From IMG/VR virus record IMGVR_UViG_3300023184_000029, positions 64,001-128,000 of that record: a stretch of 64,000 nucleotides of DNA. One strand, written 5' to 3'. This document shows, one piece after another, positions 25,453 to 33,082 of this stretch. Origin of the DNA: a virus. Each line of letters opens with the position of its first letter. The stretch's first letter is position 1. Under the pieces are notes generated by a model. It was not told the DNA's origin and did not search any database. It was given only the letters and a program-made list of their open reading frames with translations. The translations under genes were made by a program, and so were the position numbers.

Positions 25453-25746
25453 TCAAGCCTCAACTTGAACAAAATTTTCTTTCCAATACTCTTGCATTTC
25501 CGCAAGGTTCACCGCACTATCATTCCACGACACACCGTCGGGCGTTTCATAGAAAATAGCACTGGTATATTTCCATGAAGTATTCAAAAAAGCATCGCTA
25601 GACAAATCACGAAGCCTAGCCATAAAATCTTTATAGTCTTGACACACGGCCGCAAATTCGTTCAGACCTTGATCATTACTAATCCAAAGGCATACGTTCC
25701 ACGTTTGGTAGTTCGCATAGCCGTTATAGGTTCCGTCAGGACTCAT
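25453..25746 (-). CDS. Conserved hypothetical phage protein
   Basis: YNGYANYQTWNVCLWISND motif. Confidence 0.8.
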   Translation of the reverse strand: MSPDGTYNGYANYQTWNVCLWISNDQGLNEFAAVCQDYKDFMARLRDLSSDAFLNTSWKYTSAIFYETPDGVSWNDSAVNLAEMQEYWKENFVQVEA

Positions 25747-25828
25747 ACTTCACCCCTTCTTTCATATTGTCATTCTACCATCTATTATCGACCAATGCAA
25801 GAGGGAATCTTGAGAAAATTTTTTTAGA

Positions 25829-25910
25829 CGTAAAGTGTTGATACATAAAGAGTTACGTCAAATTTTTGCGGCCCCGCTCGCCCTAAGTCGTTATCTGACA
25901 AGGGTTTGCG
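25829..25910. repeat. Repeat family A, copy 11
   Basis: Half-sites at 25831 and 25884. Confidence 0.85.
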
Positions 25911-25917
25911 GATAGTT

Positions 25918-26145
25918 TCACTCAAAGTCTACAAATATAACTTGAGCATAACCCCTAGGCTTAATTGTAAAGCCATCGCCAAAATCATAAGTATCACTCT
26001 TAACGCCCGTCATGCCAGCCAGTTTCTTAGCATGATATGTTACGCTACGCTGAGAGTCATTCTTGGGAACAAACTCCCAACGCTTCACCCAACCATAATT
26101 AGCTTCACCACCGAAAGTATCGGTATGAGTTACAACACATTTCAT
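25918..26145 (-). CDS. Conserved hypothetical phage protein
   Basis: TDTFGGEANYGWVKR motif. Confidence 0.8.
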   Translation of the reverse strand: MKCVVTHTDTFGGEANYGWVKRWEFVPKNDSQRSVTYHAKKLAGMTGVKSDTYDFGDGFTIKPRGYAQVIFVDFE

Positions 26146-26345
26146 ATTCCAATCTCCTCTGAACTAAAAGAACAAACATTCAAGCCACTAGCGGCCACAA
26201 CAGTATCAAACATGATACCAAGAAACTCTTGTCGGTCAACAGCATCTGTCATGTTATGTTCCGGCAAGTCTAGAACATACTCGCTCGAAATAGGCTGTTC
26301 ACCATTTTCATTTTCCACAACAATATCAAAGAATCGGCATTTCAT
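26142..26345 (-). CDS. Hypothetical acidic protein
   Basis: 67 aa; ATGA coupling. Confidence 0.65.
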   Translation of the reverse strand: MKCRFFDIVVENENGEQPISSEYVLDLPEHNMTDAVDRQEFLGIMFDTVVAASGLNVCSFSSEEIGI

Positions 26346-26608
26346 TAGTAATCTTCTCCCCCAAAGTAACCGTAATCTTCATCCGTTCCGAATCCCGCAT
26401 CACGCATGGCTGAATCAAAATCCCCATCCATGCTATCATCGTAAGAATCATATTCTTCGTTCTCCAAATCTTCTTCATCATCATCAGTAAACTGACTCTC
26501 AACTTCATGCTCCGCGTCTGGATGATAGCTTGAACTATCCTCTCCATAGAAAACAGCATCATCATCATAAGAATTATCAAAATCGTAAAGGGGATCAGGA
26601 TGGCTCAT
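26345..26608 (-). CDS. Extremely acidic protein
   Basis: Asp/Glu-dominated; DFDSAMRDAGFGTDEDYG. Confidence 0.75.
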   Translation of the reverse strand: MSHPDPLYDFDNSYDDDAVFYGEDSSSYHPDAEHEVESQFTDDDEEDLENEEYDSYDDSMDGDFDSAMRDAGFGTDEDYGYFGGEDY

Positions 26609-26666
26609 GTTTCTTTTCCTTTCTTATGGTCACAGTCTATCAAAAAAAACTTAGCTTGTCAAGAGA

Positions 26667-26873
26667 CTACCACCGATTCCGGCGATACTCTTCTCGCAAA
26701 TCCTCTTCCTCTTGCCTTTGGCGACGAGTAACAGCCGGACCTTCGCCGGTCAGGTAAGCGTCACGGGCAGCATCGTAACCGTCATCACTATCTTCCATCG
26801 GCTCACAATGCTCACCACAACGCGGGCAAATATCTTGAAACCGAACCAGAATACCACAGCAATCACTAATCAT
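26667..26873 (-). CDS. Zn-ribbon small protein
   Basis: SDCCG...CPRCGEHCE. Confidence 0.7.
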   Translation of the reverse strand: MISDCCGILVRFQDICPRCGEHCEPMEDSDDGYDAARDAYLTGEGPAVTRRQRQEEEDLREEYRRNRW

Positions 26874-26948
26874 CTTTCACTCTCTCTTTCTCTCACTCTA
26901 TCCTACACTACTATTATCGGCTTGTCAAATGCCTTTTCTTGAATCTTT

Positions 26949-27122
26949 CTAGATTGAAAGGTTGTCCGAATACTCTTCCGGTACACACTCGTCCACAACC
27001 CCAACAATGTCGGCCCAATCCCAAAAATCAACTTCCACGCTAGGATCGTCAATCGGCTCAACAACCCCTTCGCTCACCATGCCAGCCAGAATCAGATTGA
27101 TTTCATCAAAATCGTGAAGCAT
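26949..27122 (-). CDS. Acidic small protein
   Basis: MLHDFDEINL..., 57 aa; promoter at 27160-27187. Confidence 0.6.
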   Translation of the reverse strand: MLHDFDEINLILAGMVSEGVVEPIDDPSVEVDFWDWADIVGVVDECVPEEYSDNLSI

Positions 27123-27270
27123 TGGTATTTTCCTTAGTGGTTTCCCTTGTGATGCTGTCATTCTACAGTGTTTATCGGCCAATGCAAGGTAAATCTTTGG
27201 AATTTTTTAAATATAATTCTGTGCCAAACGGGAAATATTTTTGTGGCACAGCTTTTGCGTCGATGCTCGT

Positions 27271-27352
27271 CGTAAGTCTATGCTATCAAAGTAGTTACGA
27301 TTCGCGGGGCCGCCCCGGTTTGCCCTAAGTCTTTATAGGGCAAGGGTTTGCG
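27271..27352. repeat. Repeat family A, copy 12
   Basis: TAAGT at 27273 and 27326. Confidence 0.85.
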
Positions 27353-27558
27353 TTAAGAATTTACAATCCAAGCAACCAAGCAACCAGCCACAAAAGAAAT
27401 GGTAAGAATGATAGAATCCGAATTAATCATTATTATCCTCGCTATTCCTTACATAAAAAACCAAATCAGAAACAAACCAAGAACACAACACGCCAGCAAC
27501 AAATCCCACACCTATTTGTACCCAGTTAATATCGACCATCCTTGTCGCCTTTCTTTAA

Positions 27559-27789
27559 TTATGCGGGGTTCAAAGCATTATCCGCAAGAGTAGTAATCTT
27601 AGACCAAGCAGAATCCACAGTATTATCATCACGCAAATAAATTGTATGCTGATCGCCGGGAATATCACTAATAATAGAAACTTGCCAACCACAAGGGGTA
27701 GACCAACCACAACCCGAACGAGTAATAATAACCTCACAACCCTCAAGGTAAGTATCGGTCAATTCTCTAATTTGTTCAACAGTAATCAT
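27559..27789 (-). CDS. Hypothetical protein
   Basis: 76 aa. Confidence 0.65.
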   Translation of the reverse strand: MITVEQIRELTDTYLEGCEVIITRSGCGWSTPCGWQVSIISDIPGDQHTIYLRDDNTVDSAWSKITTLADNALNPA

Positions 27790-27791
27790 TT

Positions 27792-28063
27792 TTATTCCTT
27801 ATTCTTCCAATACTGATTTTGCAGATAATTATCAACAACACCAAAAGCCTGAGCAAACAACCAGAAAGCCACGTTAGCAAAAGCATACATGGCAAGGATA
27901 GTAAAAATCCAAGCATTTATAATGATAATATTGGTCATTTTCCAACCTTCTCTTTCTTCTGCATCATTTCCAGATAGAGTTTTTCCAACAACTTAACCTG
28001 TTTAATAGCACGATTAGTTTCCCGATCCATTCTTTCAATAGCTTTTTGATGTGAAGTTTTCAT
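27792..28063 (-). CDS. Two micro-ORFs (27935-28063, 42 aa coiled-coil; 27792-27938, 48 aa TM peptide)
   Basis: Own translation; ATGA coupling; promoter at 28093-28120. Confidence 0.55.
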
Positions 28064-28162
28064 TTCTTTTTTCCTCTACTTCTTATATCGACATTCTACC
28101 GTCTAATCTTTAGTTGTCAACTAGAAAATTTTCTTGCAATATTGAAAGGTTCCCCTAGCTTG

Positions 28163-28208
28163 CTGACTATACCCAGCTTGCCCAAATCCGCAGGATTAGC
28201 TGAGACTA
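28163..28208. repeat. Dispersed repeat family B, copy 7
   Basis: CTGACTA-N13-CAAATC-CGCAG-GATTAG-CTGA-GAC. Confidence 0.75.
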
Positions 28209-28233
28209 TCAACAATCCCCAGATGACAGGAGA

Positions 28234-28392
28234 CTATGCCGCCTCACCATCATCATAACCGGGGATATAATCCGGTTCGGAATCATACGAAACAACTTCA
28301 CAATGTTCGCCACAATCTGGGCAAATCCCATGATCCATCATGATACCATCCATCTCATACCCACAGCAATCCGAAACCATCATGTCTTCCAT
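28234..28392 (-). CDS. Zn-ribbon acidic peptide (52 aa, not in the ORF track)
   Basis: MEDMMVSDCCG...CPDCGEHCE...PDYIPGYDDGEAA; paralog of 26667-26873. Confidence 0.7.
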   Translation of the reverse strand: MEDMMVSDCCGYEMDGIMMDHGICPDCGEHCEVVSYDSEPDYIPGYDDGEAA

Positions 28393-28550
28393 TCTCTTAT
28401 CCTTCTTTCTTTCTGTCTTACTTCTTATATCGACATTATACCATGTTCATCTTGAGCTTTCAAGAGAAATCCAGAAATTTTATTGTCAAAAGATTTTGAC
28501 AAAACTTTTCGTAATTTTGTGGAGGTTTGGCACACCATTTGCTAAGTTGT

Positions 28551-28632
28551 CGTAAAGTCTTATGGGGTAAGAACTTACATCAAGCCCGGCCCGCCCCGTT
28601 TGTCGTAAGTCTTTATATGGCAAGCACTTAGG
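28551..28632. repeat. Repeat family A, copy 13
   Basis: Half-sites at 28553 and 28606. Confidence 0.85.
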
Positions 28633-28813
28633 AGATACTTTGGCGACTGCCTATAATTTCAGCAGCAATGCTTCGAATTAGAGCATCTTTCACTGCCGGA
28701 TTAGTCACGCATTCTTCCGTGAGCCTTTCGGCCAGAGAACATGATGCGTCCATCATTTCCAAAGCACCTTGCAAGCCAAGGCTCATCCAAATTTTTTCCA
28801 TCGGTGAGAACAT
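28628..28813 (-). CDS. Hypothetical protein
   Basis: 61 aa. Confidence 0.6.
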   Translation of the reverse strand: MFSPMEKIWMSLGLQGALEMMDASCSLAERLTEECVTNPAVKDALIRSIAAEIIGSRQSIS

Positions 28814-28825
28814 TTGTATAGCCTT

Positions 28826-29038
28826 TCAATTCCATCCAAAGTTTTGATCGAGAAACGGTCCGTAGATCATACCCTCATCGATCCAGCACTCATTCAGTTT
28901 CGAGGTAGTGGCATCGAACCGAACACAATACATAGCTACCCTGTCCCCGATTGCTGGCAGGATGTTCACCACCACAGCCCACGCCAGATCGGCACCAATC
29001 CTTGAACCAACCTGAACCCTATCACCAATTTGAATCAT
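28826..29038 (-). CDS. Small SH3/KOW-like beta-barrel protein
   Basis: MIQIGDRVQV...AVVVNI...YCVRFD. Confidence 0.55.
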   Translation of the reverse strand: MIQIGDRVQVGSRIGADLAWAVVVNILPAIGDRVAMYCVRFDATTSKLNECWIDEGMIYGPFLDQNFGWN

Positions 29039-29098
29039 TCTGTTCTCTCTTTCTTGTGTTGGTATTCTAGCGAAGTTTTTTCTGATCGTCAACCCCCA

Positions 29099-29305
29099 CT
29101 ATCGGGTGGTCGCACCGTTCGCTTTGGCATACCGATACAACGCTCGCTCGTCCACCATGAAACGCTGAACACCCTTCAAATCCTTGAAATCCCAATGGTA
29201 GGTGAGAACGTCAGAGCTGACCATCCAACGGGCTTCGATGCTCGAAGTCTTCTTCAGCGTATAGCCCAACTTCTTCAACTCTTTCTCAATCGTCTTGCTA
29301 TTCAT
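29099..29305 (-). CDS. Hypothetical protein
   Basis: 68 aa; promoter at 29335-29363. Confidence 0.65.
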   Translation of the reverse strand: MNSKTIEKELKKLGYTLKKTSSIEARWMVSSDVLTYHWDFKDLKGVQRFMVDERALYRYAKANGATTR

Positions 29306-29479
29306 CTTTCTCTCTCTTTCTTTCTTGTGCTATCATTATACCAGTATTATCGTCCAATGTCAATAGCCTAGATCAGAAAAAGTTTCCTTACAATGCTGTA
29401 AGGTTGGAGAAGCAAGTTTGGCACAGGATTTGCTAGTGATCAGAATATAGGCAGAAACGCCTAATATGTAAGCATTGAA

Positions 29480-29561
29480 CCTAAGTTGTTGGTATATAAG
29501 CACTTACGTCAAATTTGGCGGCGAAAAATCGCCGTAAGTCCTTTGGTAGCAAGGCTTTACG
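29480..29561. repeat. Repeat family A, copy 14
   Basis: TAAGT at 29482 and 29535. Confidence 0.85.
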
Positions 29562-29590
29562 TCGAGTTTTTTTGTACAGTGTACGGAAGA

Positions 29591-29920
29591 TCACCCCTCC
29601 GAAAAGGGGGATACTTCCTCTCCACAAGCAAGAATCGCGGTATATTGCGATTCCAGAGCAGCAACCCTTTCGGCAGAACCCGGCTTGCCAACTCTCACAA
29701 TCATGCGATCCTCACCCCCCACAAGGCGGGGATCGGCCTTTTCCTTGCGAATCTTGCCCAGATTCTTTAGGGCTTTACGATTGAACTTCAGCACCTTCTC
29801 ACTACGGATTGGGCCATACACCCCATCCGCAAGGGAGGGTTGGTGAGGAATCGCAATCCCGAGGAAGCACAGTCTGGCTTGACGCTTGGCGTTTTCGACG
29901 ATAGGGAACTTGGTTTTCAT
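29591..29920 (-). CDS. Hypothetical protein
   Basis: 109 aa, GC-rich; promoter at 29950-29977. Confidence 0.7.
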   Translation of the reverse strand: MKTKFPIVENAKRQARLCFLGIAIPHQPSLADGVYGPIRSEKVLKFNRKALKNLGKIRKEKADPRLVGGEDRMIVRVGKPGSAERVAALESQYTAILACGEEVSPFSEG

Positions 29921-30083
29921 TTTCTTTCTCTCTTTCTTCTTATACCGACATTATACAGGCTTTTCTTTAGGTTGCAAGCGAAATCTTTGGTAGTTTCCTT
30001 ACAATATCGTAAGGTTTCCCACAGCAAATATCGTGCCAAAAAAGAATATTTTACTTTGGCATACGATATGCGTCCAAACTTGA

Positions 30084-30165
30084 CGTAAGTCGTTGCAGCA
30101 TAAGTACTTAGAGAAAATTTTGCGGCGAAAATTTGTCGTAACTCCTTATGGGCTAAGGGTTTGCG
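30084..30165. repeat. Repeat family A, copy 15
   Basis: Half-sites at 30086 and 30139. Confidence 0.85.
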
Positions 30166-30336
30166 ACTCGTTTTTCCACCTATACAGTAGTTCAGCACAC
30201 AATTCCTTAATACTATTTTTAATATTTTCTTTATCTGATTCGCTCAAAGCATATTGCAAACGAATTTGCTCAATCCTTAAAGCGGTTTGTACTGTACATT
30301 TGCTTAGTTGAGAAACTTTCATTTGAACACCTATTC

Positions 30337-30555
30337 TTATTTAGCATGAAAAAAAACATTCTCATTACCAACAGTCTTATTAGTAATGGTCACAATCCAA
30401 TTCTTTCCGCTGCCATCTTCACGCATCACACAATTGATAATACCAACATGGGCATTTCCCTTAGTGTCGATAACACACCCATACTTACCCGTTCGCATAG
30501 CAGAGAAAATCTTGTCGAGGTTATTCACTACCGGTTTATAAGCTGTTGCAAACAT
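30337..30555 (-). CDS. Hypothetical protein
   Basis: 72 aa; GIINCVMREDGSGKNWIV. Confidence 0.7.
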   Translation of the reverse strand: MFATAYKPVVNNLDKIFSAMRTGKYGCVIDTKGNAHVGIINCVMREDGSGKNWIVTITNKTVGNENVFFHAK

Positions 30556-30723
30556 TAGTATTCACCCAAAGTAAAAGAAAGGAACGTAAACAAAAAGATA
30601 GACGGCCCAACCGATTAGAAACACTTGAATACCCAAGCCACTAATCATTCCGAAAGTATCCACATCATCGGGATGCTCACCAAACAAATTGTAGCAGATC
30701 CAGTTTTTCATTTTCTTTTCCTT

Positions 30724-30909
30724 TCAAGCAAATTCTTCTTCACCCTGGAAATCGTCCAGCCACTCATCGTTCGTTTCGATGTGCTCATCGGCATCACCCA
30801 TGATCGGATCCCATTCACCATCATCATAGCCTGGGATATAATCGGCCTCATCTCCATATCCCACGATCCATTCCTCGCCGTTTTCGTCAATCATCTTTTC
30901 CATTTTCAT
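30724..30909 (-). CDS. Acidic small protein
   Basis: Shares DYIPGYDDGE with 28234-28392. Confidence 0.6.
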   Translation of the reverse strand: MKMEKMIDENGEEWIVGYGDEADYIPGYDDGEWDPIMGDADEHIETNDEWLDDFQGEEEFA

Positions 30910-31220
30910 TCTCACTTTCTCTAGTATTCTACTAAGATATTTTCTATTCGTCAAGCCCGATTCATGAATGAGATAGCCTCGTCGGCACTCTTGAAAATCC
31001 CAAGCAAAATCCTCTTGCCATTCTGGTCGTGATAAACCTTAAACTTCCGGCCAATCTGAATCATCGTGAGCGTGATCATTTTCTTTTCTCCCTTTTTCTC
31101 TTGTGCTTTCATTATACAGTGTTTATCGACGCTTTCAAGAGAAATCTTTGTAATTTTTCAAATATAATTTCATGCCAAATAAAGATATTTTTATGGTATG
31201 GCCTTTGCGTCAAAAATCGT

Positions 31221-31302
31221 CATAAGTCATTCCCACACAAGCACTTACATCAAATTTTGCGGAGTATAATGATCATAAGTTCTTATACCGTATAGGTTTA
31301 GG
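31221..31302. repeat. Repeat family A, copy 16 (degenerate core)
   Basis: TAAGT at 31223 and 31276. Confidence 0.75.
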
Positions 31303-31414
31303 GCATAGGGGGGTTTTTTTGTTTTACTTATCATCTCATCAGAATTTCTAAAAATCCTGGGGTGGTCCATACATAGTCCAGGCCCTATAAAATAATTAGC
31401 CAGTTTAATAGCCA

Positions 31415-32626
31415 CTATTTATAAACTTTACCACTCCATATAGAGTTACCGTCCACAACCACCCTAACACTATTCTCCCCGCTCTTAAACCACCTAGGAG
31501 CTAGCTTCATATTAAATCCATGGTAACTAGAACCTAAAACCTTTCTCAAATCCCCCCTATAACCATTAGCAGTACCACTTTTTACCACCACATCATTTAT
31601 AACCACACTAACCACCACAGACTTGTTTCCCCTATTTTCACTAAAAGCCCATCCCTTAATTCTTTTTAAGGATAAAATTTCCACATTTCCTATAGAAGTA
31701 CTAATCACCGGCATACTAATAGAAACCGGAGTCTTTATGGGTTGTGAAACATTAAAAACCAGACTCTTATTCAAGACCCCACCACTGACCAACCTATCTG
31801 CTAAACTATTATTTTTTTCTACAGTACTAAATATATAACTTTTAACCTCATTAATGCTCCATGAAGGATTCTGAGATTTTAAATATCCCACAGAGCTAGA
31901 GACTCTAGGAGCAGCAGCACTTGTACCAGCAAAAGAGCCATAACTATTATTAGGAAAAGTAGTATTTACTCCATTAGCAGGAGCCCCCAAATCTACACTA
32001 TTTTTCCCATAATTAGAATATGATGTCAAATATCCTTGATCAGTCACCGCCGCCACATTAATAACATTAGAACAATCATAAGACCCAGGATACCTTGGAG
32101 AAACATCATTATCTGCACCACTATTACCAGCAGCAACCACAAAAGCTATATCATTATTTCCAGCATTATTGATAGCAGCATACAATAAACTAGAATATCC
32201 TAATCCCCCACCCCAACTAGCATTAATAGCCACCACATTAACCCCATAATTTTTTTTCATCATAGTAGCATATTCTATACCCTTGATTGCTTCGCCGGTG
32301 AATCCTAAACCCTGATTATTTTGAAATCTTAAAATCATCACATCAGAAGTACTATTAGCCACAACCAAACCCGCCACCGCCGTACCATGTCCATACCCAT
32401 CCTGCACATTATTATTATTTTCTACAAAATTCCACCCATGAATATCGTCCACATATCCATTATTATCATTATCAACATTATCACCAGCAATCTCTCCAGG
32501 ATTGGTCCACAATCTATCAGCCAGATAAGGATGGTTAATGTCTGCACCACTATCAACAATTGCTACCACACTAGATAAAACAGTTCTAGATTCTAAGTTC
32601 TCTAAAGATAAAACGTATTGTTTCAT
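31415..32626 (-). CDS. Subtilisin-like serine protease (S8) with a planctomycete-type N-terminal motif
   Basis: Catalytic triad IVDSG / GHGTAVAG / GTSAAAP; N-terminal LSLENLESRTVLS. Confidence 0.92.
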   Translation of the reverse strand: MKQYVLSLENLESRTVLSSVVAIVDSGADINHPYLADRLWTNPGEIAGDNVDNDNNGYVDDIHGWNFVENNNNVQDGYGHGTAVAGLVVANSTSDVMILRFQNNQGLGFTGEAIKGIEYATMMKKNYGVNVVAINASWGGGLGYSSLLYAAINNAGNNDIAFVVAAGNSGADNDVSPRYPGSYDCSNVINVAAVTDQGYLTSYSNYGKNSVDLGAPANGVNTTFPNNSYGSFAGTSAAAPRVSSSVGYLKSQNPSWSINEVKSYIFSTVEKNNSLADRLVSGGVLNKSLVFNVSQPIKTPVSISMPVISTSIGNVEILSLKRIKGWAFSENRGNKSVVVSVVINDVVVKSGTANGYRGDLRKVLGSSYHGFNMKLAPRWFKSGENSVRVVVDGNSIWSGKVYK

Positions 32627-32770
32627 ATCGAGTCCTTTCGTGTTGAGAGTCCAGTCACAACATATAGTGGTTTATACCCGGCGTCGCCACAAGATCAAGA
32701 GTGTGTATAAAAAAAGAGACAAACATTTCTGCTTGCCTCTTCTTTATTATTCTATCTTTATTGTTATAGA

Positions 32771-33082
32771 TTAATAATTATATTCATTCCAATTAGTATA
32801 GTAATAACCATAATTCTGTGGATAACTATAGTAATGAGAATAATTCATAAAAAACTGGCCAACCACCGGTCTATACTCTATCCTATTCTCCACCACAGGA
32901 ACAAACCTCTGTTGCTGCACAATAACAGGAACATATTGATTTCCATAAAGAAAATATGGTGGATAAACTACCACTGGAACTGGTTGAATAGTAGCATGAT
33001 TATACTTTATCCAACATGGACCAGCTCCCATACTACAAAATACCACCAACAGAATACAAAAACTATTGAATAATTTATTCAT
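32771..33082 (-). CDS. Secreted Tyr/Pro/Val-rich protein
   Basis: Signal-like N-terminus. Confidence 0.6.
   Translation of the reverse strand: MNKLFNSFCILLVVFCSMGAGPCWIKYNHATIQPVPVVVYPPYFLYGNQYVPVIVQQQRFVPVVENRIEYRPVVGQFFMNYSHYYSYPQNYGYYYTNWNEYNY

Larger units (their letters stand above)
14421..31138 (-). promoter_or_regulatory. Series of ~20 sigma70-type early promoters, most with (C/T/A)CGATA in the spacer
   Basis: -10..-35 spans: 14421-14449, 15326-15354, 15667-15695, 17094-17122, 18912-18939, 20183-20210, 20269-20297, 21227-21255, 21402-21430, 22645-22673, 23567-23594, 23930-23958, 24201-24229, 24821-24849, 25428-25456, 25772-25800, 26900-26928, 27160-27187, 28093-28120, 28435-28463, 29335-29363, 29950-29977, 31111-31138. 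Example: TTGACA-ctgCCGATAatagatgg-TAGAAT. Confidence 0.85.
27244..31208. promoter_or_regulatory. Sigma54 (-24/-12)-type motifs
   Basis: Plus strand TGGCAC-N5-TTGC at 27244, 28528 and 29419; near matches at 30057 and 31194; minus strand perfect match at 30024-30038. Confidence 0.6.

Noticed and set aside
13257-31302. Repeat A as a CRISPR array
   Set aside because: Copies are 0.6-1.8 kb apart with genes between them, are highly degenerate, and no cas genes are present.
13257-31302. Repeat A as classical tyrosine-recombinase crossover sites (11-7-11) or integron attC
   Set aside because: The 7 bp centres mostly differ between copies, whereas Y-recombinases need matching overlaps. There are no RYYYAAC/GTTRRRY ends and no integrase in the window. 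Kept only as a weak alternative.
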